From: Polyangiales bacterium
GTDB taxonomy: Bacteria; Myxococcota_A; Polyangia; Polyangiales; Ga0077539
Length of the DNA: 64,000 nucleotides
Reading direction: 5' to 3'
NCBI GenBank assembly: GCA_046351515.1
Contig: JAXLYJ010000005.1
Location: forward strand, 50,892-114,891
The number at the start of each line of letters is the position of its first letter. Within the stretch, counting starts at the first letter, position 1. Of this stretch, positions 44,011 to 54,220 are shown piece by piece. The position numbers and the translations under genes are program-made. The notes beneath the pieces were generated by a model, which searched no databases, was not told the origin of the DNA, and saw nothing but the letters and a program-made list of their open reading frames with translations.

Positions 44011-44053
44011 GCGCCTTCGACCACGAACCGCACTACACTGCGCGCTCAGTCCG

Positions 44054-44272
44054 TTGAACACCCCGTCCGTCGTCCGCTGGATCGCCTCGAGCTTCTTGCT
44101 CGCGCTGGTCGTCACCGAGCACGCTCGACTCGCGTTTCGCTCGGACAAACGCTGGAGTTTGCTCGTTCCGTTCGCGCCGCTCGCGCTCGCGTGGCGGCGT
44201 GATGAGCGGCGTTCTGTCATCCCTTCGGCCGTCGCGCTCGCGCTCTGGCTGCTGCTGCGCGTCACCGGCTGA
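44054..44272 (+). CDS. hypothetical small membrane protein downstream of cstA
   Basis: 72 aa with two hydrophobic helices (IASSFLLALVVTEHA; AVALALWLLLRV). Unlike the usual soluble DUF466 CstA partner. Confidence 0.3.
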   Translation: MNTPSVVRWIASSFLLALVVTEHARLAFRSDKRWSLLVPFAPLALAWRRDERRSVIPSAVALALWLLLRVTG

Positions 44273-44334
44273 GCCTCACGACGCAGCGGGATCTTTCATT
44301 TTTCACAGCGGACCGTGGTACCTTTCACTCCAGC

Positions 44335-45174
44335 ATGACCAAGGGTCCGTCGCCTCTCCTTGGCTACAACACGAACGTTCGGCACAAGGGCCGCGTGTTT
44401 CACATCCAGACCGAGGACTCTGGCGTGCAGCACCCGCACGTCATCACGCACCTGTTCGCGGACGGCGGTCGCATCCTCAAGAGCAACAAGACCAGCTACG
44501 CTGAGCTCGTCGGCGTCGCGGACATGGCCGCGCAGGTCAAAAAGATCATGCAGGACCAGCACAAGGCGATGTTCATCGCGCTGCGTGACGGTCAGTTCGA
44601 TCACTTGTTCGACGCGGCGGGCGGAGACAGCAAAGAGACCAGCGCTCCTTCGGTCTCGGGCGACCTTCTGTCCTCGGCGCAAATGGCCGCGTCCGAGCCG
44701 GCGAAGAAGCAATCCACGCCGGCGATTCCGCCGCCCAAGCCGTCGTTGCCCGCGATCGGCTCGCCTCCGAGCGGCGCGTCCACGGCGCCTCCTGCCGCCG
44801 CCAACGCCGAGTCTCCCAAGCGCAGCTCGTCCGTCTCGATGCCCGCGGTTCGTCCGCCGATGCCGCCGGGCATGACCGCGCCCGAGAGCGCCACGCGCCC
44901 GCCCACGCCGCTGCCCGCTGCGCGCCCTTCGACAGCGCCTCCCTCTGGCGCGGTGAGCCGCCCGCCGCCTTCGCAGCGGCCGCCCGCTCGCCCGTCCGGT
45001 GCGAGCGGACACTACCAAGCGATCCGCTCGCCCGAGATCCTCGGCTCGTTCAAGAAGCACGACGAAGCTGCGGCGCCGGCCAGCATTTTTGGCGACGGAT
45101 TGATGAGCGAGAAGTCCCTCGACGAGGTGATCCTCGCGTACCTCGCCGAGGACCTCGACGAGCCCAAGCGCTGA
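44335..45174 (+). CDS. hypothetical protein: conserved N-terminal ~100-aa domain plus Pro-rich disordered C-terminal region
   Basis: N-terminus LLGYNTNVRHKGRVFHIQTEDSGVQHPHVITHLFADGGRIL (non Arg-rich, coding-like). Then PAIPPPKPSLP...SMPAVRPPMPPGMTAP...PPPSQRPPARP. Acidic end LAEDLDEPKR. Confidence 0.45.
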   Translation: MTKGPSPLLGYNTNVRHKGRVFHIQTEDSGVQHPHVITHLFADGGRILKSNKTSYAELVGVADMAAQVKKIMQDQHKAMFIALRDGQFDHLFDAAGGDSKETSAPSVSGDLLSSAQMAASEPAKKQSTPAIPPPKPSLPAIGSPPSGASTAPPAAANAESPKRSSSVSMPAVRPPMPPGMTAPESATRPPTPLPAARPSTAPPSGAVSRPPPSQRPPARPSGASGHYQAIRSPEILGSFKKHDEAAAPASIFGDGLMSEKSLDEVILAYLAEDLDEPKR

Positions 45175-45223
45175 TCGCGCTCGTCGCCGCGCAGCACCCA
45201 TCCATCGAGCATCGGGGCGATCA

Positions 45224-46456
45224 GTGAAGGCGGTTCTGCTCGCGATCTTCGCGCTCACCTACGCGGGGATCTCCGCGCGACGCGTGAGGCTTCTGCCCAT
45301 CGGCCGCCCGGCGATGGCGATGGTGGGCGCCTCGGCCATGGTGCTCGCGGGCGCCTTCGCGGGCCCAATCGGGCTCGGGGCGGACGAAGCGCTGCGCGCG
45401 GTCGAGCCGCACACGATCGCGATGCTCTTCGGGATGATGTTGATCTCGTCGGGGCTCGACGAAGCGGGGTTCTTCGCGTGGCTGACCGATCGCGTCGCGC
45501 GCGTGGTTCGCACGCCCGCGGCGCTGCTGTGGGCGGTGACGATCGCGAGCGGGCTTCTGTCGGCGGTGCTGGTGAACGACGCGGTGTGCTTGCTCGCGAC
45601 GCCGGTCGTGTTGGCCTCGGCGCGGAGGCAGCGCGTCTCGGTGCGGCCGTTTGTGTTCGCGCTGTGCATGGGCGCCAACGCAGGCTCAGCGCTCACGCTC
45701 AGCGGAAATCCCCAGAACATGCTCGTCGCTCGCCTCTCGGGCCTCGCGTATCGCGCGTACCTCGCGCGCGCGGCGCTGCCGTCGTTGGCCGCGTTGGTCG
45801 TGACGGCGGCGCTCGTGCACCTGATGCATCGCCGCGAGCTCGCGACGGTCGTCGATCACGCGCACGACGATGATTCGCGCCGTGAAATCACCGGTCCGCA
45901 GCGGGCGTTGCTCGCGGTCTCGCTCGCCGCGCTCGCGGGAGTCGTGGTGGCCAACCTCGCGGGCGCGAGCATCGCGTGGAGCGCGCTCGTGGGCGCGTCG
46001 GTGGTGATCGTCGCCGCGCGGCTGCGCGCAGAGGCCCTCTTGCAAAAGGTCGAGTGGAGCGTGCTGCTCTTCTTCGCGGGGCTGTTCGTGGTGGTGGCGG
46101 GCCTGCGAAAGACCGGGCTTCCGGCGCAGTGGCTGGCGCCGCTCGCGACGATGGCCGCGGGAGGGAGCGGGACCGCGCTGCTCGTGGCGGTGCTGATGGT
46201 GGGGTCGCAGATTGTGTCGAACGTTCCGTTGATCTTGCTGCTCGAGCCGTGGATTCGCGGGTTCGGCGATTCATCGACGGCGTGGACGATCACGGCGATC
46301 GTCTCGACGATCGCGGGCAATTTCACGCTGCTCGGCAGCGTCGCGAACGTGATCGTGATCGAGCAGTCCAAAGAGAGCATCGGCTTCTGGGACTACTTGA
46401 AGATCGGAGTTCCGGTGACGATCGCGTCGACGGCGGCGGCGATGGCGTTGCTGTAG
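45224..46456 (+). CDS. ArsB/NhaD-superfamily ion transporter (anion permease)
   Basis: 410 aa, ~12 TM, internally duplicated, with motifs such as LSGNPQNMLVA typical of the ArsB/NhaD/CitMHS permease fold. Confidence 0.7.
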   Translation: MKAVLLAIFALTYAGISARRVRLLPIGRPAMAMVGASAMVLAGAFAGPIGLGADEALRAVEPHTIAMLFGMMLISSGLDEAGFFAWLTDRVARVVRTPAALLWAVTIASGLLSAVLVNDAVCLLATPVVLASARRQRVSVRPFVFALCMGANAGSALTLSGNPQNMLVARLSGLAYRAYLARAALPSLAALVVTAALVHLMHRRELATVVDHAHDDDSRREITGPQRALLAVSLAALAGVVVANLAGASIAWSALVGASVVIVAARLRAEALLQKVEWSVLLFFAGLFVVVAGLRKTGLPAQWLAPLATMAAGGSGTALLVAVLMVGSQIVSNVPLILLLEPWIRGFGDSSTAWTITAIVSTIAGNFTLLGSVANVIVIEQSKESIGFWDYLKIGVPVTIASTAAAMALL

Positions 46457-46536
46457 ATCCAGCGCCCGAAGCTCGCTTCGACGCACGCCCGTCACGTTGG
46501 TCGCTCGATCACCGTCGCTCGATCACCGTCGTGCGT

Positions 46537-46569
46537 GGCGCTGCGCACGCGTCGTTTGCGCTCAGCGCC
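46537..46569. terminator. GC-rich stem-loop in the convergent gap between the permease and sspB (candidate bidirectional terminator)
   Basis: GGCGCTGCGCA cgcgtcgtt TGCGCTCAGCGCC: 7+4 bp stem with a 2-nt bulge. It is preceded by a 14-bp tandem duplication ctcgatcaccgtcg x2 (46504-46531). Confidence 0.3.
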
Positions 46570-46586
46570 TCCCCCGAGCATGCGCG

Positions 46587-47226
46587 AGCTCGCGACGGTC
46601 GTTGATCACTTCACGACGCGGAGCCACGGCGGAACTTCACGGCCGCTGCGCGTGAAGCGCTTGGGCGCGTCACCACTGGAGCTCTCGGGGTTCGCAGCTT
46701 CGCCGGTGCTGCCTTCGCTCGCGGCGACGGCGACCGCGGGCTGCGCCGTGCTCTCGGCGACGGGCGCGGTGCTCTCGGACGGTGCGCTCTCGACGAGCAG
46801 CGGCGCCGTGCGCGGGGCTTCTTCGTGCTGGTGCTCTTGTCCTTCGGCTTGCGCGAGCGGACCGCCTGCGTGCCCGCAGAGGCCGTCGGCGCCTCGTTCG
46901 GCTGCATGAGCTCGGGGGAAGTTCGCTGGGCCACACCGTCACCTGCCCGTCCTCGCCGACGAGCGCGTACACGCCCGACCACGGAACGATGCAGTAAAAC
47001 GGCTGCCGATTGAACGAGAGCGTGCAGCGCACCCCTCGGCGTCGATCTCGAGATCGCGAATCGGAATGGGAAAATTCAGGCCAATCTGCAGCACCAATTG
47101 GGGATTCGAGCGGAAGTGCAACGGCACGACCACGCCCTCGCGGCGCGGGTCGAGGTGCATGAACACGCTGCCGTGCTCGAGCAATTTCAGCATCAGCTCG
47201 TGCTTGTCAGGGGGCGGGTTCGCCAT
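46587..47226 (-). CDS. sspB: stringent starvation protein B-like ClpXP adaptor
   Basis: N-terminus MANPPPDKHELMLKLLEHGSVFMHLDPRREGVVVPLHFRSNPQLVLQIGLNFPIPIRDLEIDAEG matches the SspB fold. After frameshifts: CTLSFNRQPFYCIVPWSGVYALVGEDGQ, then a low-complexity linker. The C-terminus PPWLRVVK (read from the reverse complement of 46587..46650) matches the ClpX-binding tail of SspB. Confidence 0.65.
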
Positions 47227-47347
47227 AGCAAAGGCTGGTGTAACACCGAGCCCCGCGCTCGTGCCAGTGCGCCTTCGCAATTGACGAAAACCGCAGCGTC
47301 AACTCGCGACTGGCGCTGTGGCTCGACTGCGACTCACGCGCTCTCGC

Positions 47348-48807
47348 TCACCGTCGCGCTCGCGCTCGTCCCCACCGCGCTCGCGCGCGGGCTTCGAGCG
47401 ACGGCGCCGCGAGCGGCGAGGGCGCGGTGAACCCCGGATCCTGGAGATACAGCGCCATCACCTGACGAAGCGGCCCCATCACCAGGTCGGCCACCACGTC
47501 GCCCGCGTCGGTCATCGCGCGCACGCGCAGCTCGCGCGCGAGTCGATCGGGCGTCGGACCCGCGGCGCGAGGCAGCGAGCTCAGCGCCGCGCTGAGCAGC
47601 GCAGAGAGCATCGCCGTGCCGATCTCGGTGTCGAGAAACGCCGCGATTCGCCCGCGCATCGACTCGTCGCCCGGCGCGAGGTGCCGCGAGAGAAGCCCCA
47701 CCAGCGGGTCGCGCATGAGCTTGACGAACTGCGATCCCGCGAGGCGCCACGCGGCGTCCTGCGCGTCGGACTCGAGCGTCGCGAGCACTTGCTGCGTGCG
47801 CGGCGTGCCGTTGTTGTTTGCGTTGCCGTTGCTGGTTGCGTTGCTCATGGCGTTGCTCTCCGTCGTTGCTGTCATCGCGGGGGCCCCGCCCGCCGCGCTC
47901 TTGGTCATCGCGTCGCTCAACGCGCGGCCGATCGCCGCCGTTGATTCACTTGGGTCGTTGGCCGATCGCGCGCGGCCCTCGGTGTCGTTGGTCCGCGCGT
48001 CGTTGGCGCTCTCGCTCGCGCCGAGCAGCCACGGCGCGGACTCTCCCGCAGCGCCGAGCATCCCGAACGCGCATCGAGCCAGCCCCACGCTCACGTCGGG
48101 CGAGCGGCTCCATTCGCGGCCGCTCGCGCGGGCGAGGGTCACCGCGGCTTCGGTCAAGCTCGCGGAGATCACCGCGCGACGAACGCGGGCGTCGGCGCGG
48201 GTCCATGCAGAGAGCGAGTCGCCGTGCTCGGAGCGGTCGGCGCGCGTGACCGCGCCGCGCGCGATCGCGTCGATCGCCACGCCCGTTCGAAGCTGCGAGC
48301 TGCCGTGACGAAGGTGCCCGAACATCGCGGTGGTGATCGCGGGGACGCCCTCGGTCCCGAGCGCGTTCTCGTGAAGCTCAGCCATCGCGCGGCGCGCGGC
48401 GTTGGCCACGCCGTCCTTCGCTCCCGACGGAACGCTGTCTCCCATCCGCGCCCGCGCCGCCCTCGCGATGCGCTCGGCCAGCGCCGCGCCCTCGACGAGC
48501 GCTCGATCATCGTCGCTCTCGAGCGAGGCGCGCAGCACGTCTCGCACGAGCACGGTGAGCGCGCACGCCACCCAGCCTTCGCGCTGCCCGACTGGCGCCG
48601 AGCTCGAGGCGTACGCGCTCGATACTGCGTTGCTGAGCGCGTCTTCGATCGCTGCGTCCGGCGTCAGCTCGTCCTTGAGCTTCGCGAACAGCGCCCGCGC
48701 GAACGCTCGTCCGCCTTCGTGCCAGAGCACGTCGTGCGCGACGCCTTCGCGAGCCAGACGCGCGAGCGCAGAGGCAGCGGGTGGCCTCACCACCCCGTCG
48801 GAGTTCA
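47348..48807 (-). CDS. hypothetical alpha-helical protein
   Basis: ORF 47348..49060. Plausible start MNSDGVVRPPAASALARLAREG at ~48807. Ala/Leu/Arg-rich helical protein with an N/S/T-rich insert (NAMSNATSNGNANNNGT). Divergent from serA. Confidence 0.3.
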
Positions 48808-49034
48808 TGGTTTTGGAAGGGTTCGGGTCTGTCACCGTCGCGGCCTCCGCGCTCTCGTCTGCGTCGGATACTGAGTTGCGATCGCCGCAGTGACAAGGCT
48901 GCGAACGTGACGAGTGGACGTACTCTGTCTCTTCGTTGGAGCGGTCGTCACCGCGGCGATGTGGCGGGCGTTCTCTGTCCGCGCAGGCATCGCGCAGAGC
49001 GACCGACGCGAGTTGTGGTACCAAGCGCGCCGAA

Positions 49035-50282
49035 ATGACGGCGTACACACCGACGCTCACCGAGCTTCACCGTGCCGAGGGACCGCTCAAGGTTCTTCTC
49101 CTCGAGAACATTCACCCGAAGGCGATCGAGCTGTTTCGCAGCGAGGGCTTCGCGGTCGAGACGATGGCGGGCGCGCTCAAAGAAGACGAGCTGTGCGCGA
49201 AGCTCGCGGACGTTCACGTCTTGGGGATCCGCTCGAAGACGCAGGTCACCAAGCGCGCGCTCGAGTCGGCGCCCAGGCTCCTGTCGCTCGGTTGCTTCTG
49301 CATCGGGACGAACCAGGTGGACCTGGTGTCGGCGAACACGCGGGGCGTTCCGGTGTTCAACGCGCCGTTCAGCAACACGCGGTCTGTGGCCGAGCTGATC
49401 ATCTCCGAGATCGTCGCGCTCGCGCGGCAGCTCGGCGATCGCTCGCGCGAAGTGCACCAGGGCACGTGGAAGAAGGTCGCCGCGGGCTGCTACGAAGTCC
49501 GAGGAAAAACCCTGGGAATCATCGGCTACGGCCACATCGGCTCGCAGCTCGGCGTGCTCGCTGAGTCCATGGGCCTCAACGTGCTCTTCTTCGACGTCGC
49601 GACGAAGCTCCCGATGGGCAACAACCGCGCGGTGGCCTCGCTCGACGAGCTGCTCTCGCGCAGCGACTTCGTCTCGCTGCACGTCCCCGCCACGCCGCAG
49701 ACGCACGAGATGATCGGCGAGCGCGAGATCGCCCTCATGCAAAAGGGCTCGTTCTTGCTCAACGCCTCGCGCGGGACCGTCGTCGTCATCCCCGCCCTGG
49801 CCAGCGCGCTCGAGCGCGGTCACCTCGCCGGCGCCGCGATCGACGTCTACCCCGAAGAGCCCGAGAGCAACTCCGACGGCTTCGTCACCGCGCTTCAGGG
49901 CCTCTCGAACGTCATCCTCACGCCGCACATCGGCGGCTCGACCATGGAAGCGCAAGCCGCGATCGGCACCGAGGTCGGCAGCTCGCTGATCAAGTACGTC
50001 GCCACCGGCGCGACGACGGGCTCAGTGAACTTTCCGCAGATCGAAATGCCGCCGAGCAAGGGCACCCACCGCGTGCTCAACGTGCACCGCAACGTCCCCG
50101 GCGTGCTCCGCGACATCAACGCGATCGTCAGCGAAATGGGCGCCAACATCTCGTCGCAGGTCCTCGCGACGGACGCCAACATCGGCTACCTCGTGATGGA
50201 CATCGAGAAGGACGTCGCGCAGGGCGTCGCCGAGCGCATCGCCGCGCTCACGACGGACATCCGCACGCGCGTCTTGTACTGA
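49035..50282 (+). CDS. serA: D-3-phosphoglycerate dehydrogenase (with C-terminal ACT-like domain)
   Basis: NAD-binding GIIGYGHIGSQLG, catalytic region SLHVPATPQTHEMIG...RGTVV...TPHIGGST (His/Arg/Glu triad). C-terminal regulatory domain. 415 aa from MTAYTPTL. Confidence 0.9.
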   Translation: MTAYTPTLTELHRAEGPLKVLLLENIHPKAIELFRSEGFAVETMAGALKEDELCAKLADVHVLGIRSKTQVTKRALESAPRLLSLGCFCIGTNQVDLVSANTRGVPVFNAPFSNTRSVAELIISEIVALARQLGDRSREVHQGTWKKVAAGCYEVRGKTLGIIGYGHIGSQLGVLAESMGLNVLFFDVATKLPMGNNRAVASLDELLSRSDFVSLHVPATPQTHEMIGEREIALMQKGSFLLNASRGTVVVIPALASALERGHLAGAAIDVYPEEPESNSDGFVTALQGLSNVILTPHIGGSTMEAQAAIGTEVGSSLIKYVATGATTGSVNFPQIEMPPSKGTHRVLNVHRNVPGVLRDINAIVSEMGANISSQVLATDANIGYLVMDIEKDVAQGVAERIAALTTDIRTRVLY

Positions 50283-50374
50283 GCCCGCCGCGGCGAGCAG
50301 AGGCACCGGCGTGCGGTGTTTCTCGCGCGTCGCGCGATCGACGGCGCAGATGCGATATACCCATCGCACCTCCG

Positions 50375-51181
50375 ATGCCGACCTTCGATCGCCCGACGTG
50401 CACGCTCTACTACGAAGACACCGGGCCGCGGGACGCGCCCGCCGTGGTGCTCATGCCGAGCCTGCTCTGCGACGTCGAGATGTTCGCGCACCTCGCGAAC
50501 AACCTCGCCGATCGCTATCGCGTCTTGCACTTGGAGCTGCGCGGACACGGGCGCTCGAGCGCTCCGACCAAGCGCTTCACGCAAGAAGATCAAGCGGACG
50601 ACGTGGCCGCGCTGCTCGATCACGCGAAGGTCCCGATGGCCACGCTCGTCGGGCTCTCGCAGGGCGGGTTCACCGCGATGCGCGCGGCGATCTATCACCC
50701 CACGCGCGTGCGGGCGCTCGCGTTGCTCAACACGTCCGCGACGCCCGAGGACGCGATCAACCGCGCGAAATACATGGCCCTCGCCGCGACGGTGCTCGCC
50801 GTCGGAGTGACCGAACCGGTGGCGCAGGCGGTCGTTCCGCTCATGTTCAGCGAGGGCTTCATGCAGCAGAGCCCCGAGCAGGTCGCGCGTTGGAAGGCCA
50901 AGTGGCTCGCGCTCGATCGTCGCGGGACGTTTCTCGCCGTCGACGCCGTCGCCAACCGCGGAGACATCCGCTCGCTGTTGCCCAGGATCTCCGCGCCGAC
51001 GCTCGTGCTCTCGGGTGAGGGCGATCGCGCGCTCGCTCCCGAGAAGGGCGAGCTCATCGCAGAGCGCATCCCCGGCGCTCGCCACGTGCTGCTGCAAGGG
51101 GCAGGGCACCTCTCGTCCGTCGAGCAACCCGAGAGCACCACGCGCCTCGTGCGCGACTGGATCGACTCGCTCGGCGATTGA
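50375..51181 (+). CDS. alpha/beta-fold hydrolase
   Basis: Nucleophile elbow GLSQGG, HGxxxS-like RGHGRS, C-terminal GAGHLSSVEQPE (catalytic His). 268 aa. Confidence 0.8.
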   Translation: MPTFDRPTCTLYYEDTGPRDAPAVVLMPSLLCDVEMFAHLANNLADRYRVLHLELRGHGRSSAPTKRFTQEDQADDVAALLDHAKVPMATLVGLSQGGFTAMRAAIYHPTRVRALALLNTSATPEDAINRAKYMALAATVLAVGVTEPVAQAVVPLMFSEGFMQQSPEQVARWKAKWLALDRRGTFLAVDAVANRGDIRSLLPRISAPTLVLSGEGDRALAPEKGELIAERIPGARHVLLQGAGHLSSVEQPESTTRLVRDWIDSLGD

Positions 51182-51333
51182 GCGCGGACGCCGCGCGGTG
51201 GCCTCCGTGATGCGCCCTGTACCGCGCCCGCGACGGACATCGAAGATGACCGGAGCGGATGAGCGCCGTTGAAATCCAGCTCCAAACCGAGACCGCGGAC
51301 GGAGAAATCGACGATGACCGTCGCGGTATTGGT

Positions 51334-52740
51334 TTAGAGAATCTTGCCCGGGTTCAAGATCCCCTTGGGATCGAGCGCGGATTTGAGCGCGCGCAGCGTC
51401 GCGATCTCCGCGGGCGATCGCGTGTACCCGAGGTACTTCTTCTTCAGCAGCCCGATCCCGTGCTCGGCCGAGACGCTGCCCTTGTGCTTGCGCACGAGCT
51501 CGAACATCGCGTGGTCCGCTTCAGCGGTCTTCGCGAGGAAGCTCGCCTTGTCCATGGCGTCGGGCTTCATCACGTTGACGTGGAGATTTCCATCGCCGAT
51601 GTGACCGAACAGGCAGATCTCCCAGCCCGGATAGCGCTCGGAGAACACGCCGTCGAGCTCGTCGCAAAACGCGCGCAGCGAGGCGATCGGCAGCGCGATG
51701 TCGTTTTTGTGCGGCAGCCCCGTGGCCGAGAGCGACTCGGAGATCCCCTCGCGAAGCTCCCACATCGCGCGCGCCTGCGAGCTGTTTTGCGACATCACTC
51801 CGTCCAAGACGACGCCGCGCTCGAAGAGCGACCCGAGCCACGTCTCGAGCTCTGCGTCGTCCGCGCCGTGCCCTTCAGCCTCGACGAGCGCGTAGTGCGT
51901 GTAGTGCTCGGAGTCGAACGGCGCGCGCACGGTGCGGTGCTTCTGCACGCGCGCGAGGCACTTGTCCGTGAAGAACTCGAACGCGCTCAGCACGAACGGC
52001 CCCTTGCGCGCCTCGGCGAACAAGTCGAGCACGCCCTGCAGCCCCTCCACCGCGAAGAGCAGGACGTCCAATCGCTGCGGGATTCGCGCGAGCTTCAGCG
52101 TCGCTTCGGTGATCACTCCGAGCGTCCCTTCGCTGCCGATGAAGAGCTGGCGAAGGTCGGCGCCGGTGTTGTTCTTCTCGAGCGCTCCGTTGAGCTCGAG
52201 CACTTCGCCGTCGGCGAGCACGACCTGCAGCCCGAGCACCCACTGTCGGGTCAGCCCGTAGCGAATCACCTTCACGCCGCCGGCGTTGGTCGCGATGTTT
52301 CCTCCGACGTGCGAGCTGCCTTTGCTCGCGAAATCGACGGGCCATGTGAGCCCGTGCTCAGCGCAGTGCTGGTGCACCGCCTCGGTGACCGCGCCGGCTT
52401 GCACGCGCACGGTCTGCCCGAGCACATCCACTGGATCCATCCGATGCATGCGCGCGAGCGAGAGGACGACCTCGCCGTTGGCCGCGACCGCGCCGCCCGC
52501 GAGCCCTGTGCGTCCGCCGGAGGTGACCACGGCGATCTCGTTGCTGTGGCAGAACGCCAGGATCTTCGAGACCTCCTCGGTCGTGCGCGGAAACAGCACC
52601 GCGGACGGCTTGGGATCGAACACCTTGGTCCAATCTCGACCGTACGTCGCGAGGTCGCTCGAATCCGTGCTGAACGCGTCTTGCGGGAGCAGCGCTGCGA
52701 GCGCCTCGAGCTGCGCTTGCGATGGAGCTTGTGCGGCCAT
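51334..52740 (-). CDS. FAD-linked oxidase (GlcD / D-lactate dehydrogenase family)
   Basis: FAD-binding PCMH domain (RTTEEVSKILAFCHSNEIAVVTSGGRTGLAGGAV, IGSEGTLGVITEATLKL) and a C-terminal FAD-oxidase domain (HIGDGNLHVNV, SAEHGIG). 468 aa. Confidence 0.85.
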   Translation of the reverse strand: MAAQAPSQAQLEALAALLPQDAFSTDSSDLATYGRDWTKVFDPKPSAVLFPRTTEEVSKILAFCHSNEIAVVTSGGRTGLAGGAVAANGEVVLSLARMHRMDPVDVLGQTVRVQAGAVTEAVHQHCAEHGLTWPVDFASKGSSHVGGNIATNAGGVKVIRYGLTRQWVLGLQVVLADGEVLELNGALEKNNTGADLRQLFIGSEGTLGVITEATLKLARIPQRLDVLLFAVEGLQGVLDLFAEARKGPFVLSAFEFFTDKCLARVQKHRTVRAPFDSEHYTHYALVEAEGHGADDAELETWLGSLFERGVVLDGVMSQNSSQARAMWELREGISESLSATGLPHKNDIALPIASLRAFCDELDGVFSERYPGWEICLFGHIGDGNLHVNVMKPDAMDKASFLAKTAEADHAMFELVRKHKGSVSAEHGIGLLKKKYLGYTRSPAEIATLRALKSALDPKGILNPGKIL

Positions 52741-52823
52741 GACAGTGCAGTGGCACTACCGCACTTCGCCCGGCTCTGTCCGCCCCTTCTCGACGCTTCG
52801 ATCGCGCTCGGCGGGCGCGAGTC

Positions 52824-53586
52824 TCAGCGGCTCTCGTACACCTTGCCGCGCGGTAGCTCGATGGCGCTCAGGTGCCCTCCCTTGCCCGAGCCCGTGTCGA
52901 GCCCGACGAGGTCGTCGCGCAGCCACACGTCACCGGGATCGTCGATCCATCGCGCGATCAGGCCGAGGTGATCGGTCGGAAGCTCGGTCACGGGCGTGTG
53001 CCCGAAGACCACGCGCTTGCCCTTGTACGTGCGGTAGAAGCTCGGCTCGCGCATCCAAATGAGCGGCGCGTCGCGGCCTTCAGAAGGGTGCTTCCAGTCG
53101 CCCTCTTCGCCGTCGAGCCCCGCGTGGACATAGATCGCGTGCTCGTCTTCGTACCAGCACGGCAGCGACTTGAACCACTCGAACACGTCTTTGGGAAACC
53201 AGCTTCGCACGTCGCACATCCGCGCGATCTCGTCGTGCGGCAGCGGCTCGTCGAGCGGCAGCCTCGGGCCGGCGATGTACGAGCGAAACGTGTCGGGACA
53301 GCCGTTGGCGCGGGGGAGCAAGAAGCCGAGGTGCGGCGTGCTGTCGTAGCAGTCGATCCAGAGGTCTTCGTGGTTTCCGCGGAGGGTGACGACCTTGTGC
53401 TTCGCGCTCGAAGCGAGCTCGCGAACGCAGTCGACGACGCGCTTGGAATCGGGGCCCCGATCAACGTAGTCGCCGAGAAACACGAGCGTGTCTTCCGCCT
53501 CGAGCGTCGGAAGCTTGCCCAACAATCGCTGCAGCGACTCGAACTCGCCGTGAATGTCACCGATGACGAAGGTGCGTGCGCTCATG
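52824..53586 (-). CDS. metallophosphoesterase (PPP-family Ser/Thr phosphatase / ApaH-like)
   Basis: GDIHG, GDYVDRG and GNHE motifs in order. 253 aa from MSARTFVIGDIHGEF. The upstream part of ORF 52824..54239 is junk. Confidence 0.8.
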
Positions 53587-53656
53587 CCGTCGCTGCCGTG
53601 CTTCTCCGTTGGAGTTCTTCGATTGTCCGCCGTCGTTGGCGCAATCTCCAACTTCG

Positions 53657-54010
53657 CTACTGTACCACCACCGACCCTCGGTACATGTCCATTCCGCACG
53701 TGAAGCCGAGCTGTCCGTTCGCGGGAACGCGGACTTGAACGGCCACGGCCTGGTTGAGCGGAAGCTCTCGCTGAATGCTCAGCGACGGGATCTTCACCTG
53801 CTGCCCGCAGCACTCGTCGGTGGTTCGAAGAAACGAGAGCGTGATTTCGCTGTTGGCCGCGGCCCGAATGCGCGCGGGATGATAGCCGCTCCCGTCGACG
53901 CGGACCGTCACCGTCCCGCCCGAAGCGACCGTCGCCTCGTCGCTGCTCGCGTTGTGATTCGCGTGCGAAGCAGGCTCTCGCTTGCAGCCTGCGAGGGCGG
54001 CGAGCAGCGC
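53657..54010 (-). CDS. small lipoprotein with a possible cupredoxin-like domain
   Basis: Lipobox LALLAALAGC. Then TVTVRVDGSGYHPARIRAAANSEITLSFLRTTDECCGQQVKIP...GQLGFTCGMDMYRGSVVVQ: beta-sandwich-like, with Cys/His/Met ligand candidates. Start codon unclear. Confidence 0.3.
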   Translation of the reverse strand, partial: ALLAALAGCKREPASHANHNASSDEATVASGGTVTVRVDGSGYHPARIRAAANSEITLSFLRTTDECCGQQVKIPSLSIQRELPLNQAVAVQVRVPANGQLGFTCGMDMYRGSVVVQ

Positions 54011-54220
54011 GAGCGAGAGCGTCCACGCGGCGCAATGGGGGGCGGGGAGTCGTTGCAACACGAGCCAGAGCGTACGCCAACATGGCAGCCGCGCGCATCG
54101 AAACGAGTGACAAGCTGGCACTGCTGCCGCGCGCGTCGCGCCTGCGAACTCCACGGTGATCTGACGTTTTGCAGCGCTCTCGCCGGCGCGCGTCGCTGGC
54201 ATCGCCCTTGATGAGCGAGC

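Noticed and set aside
51259-52971. 570-aa plus-strand ORF
   Set aside because: It is antisense to the GlcD-like FAD oxidase (51334..52740) and to the phosphatase gene. Arg/Glu-rich junk translation.
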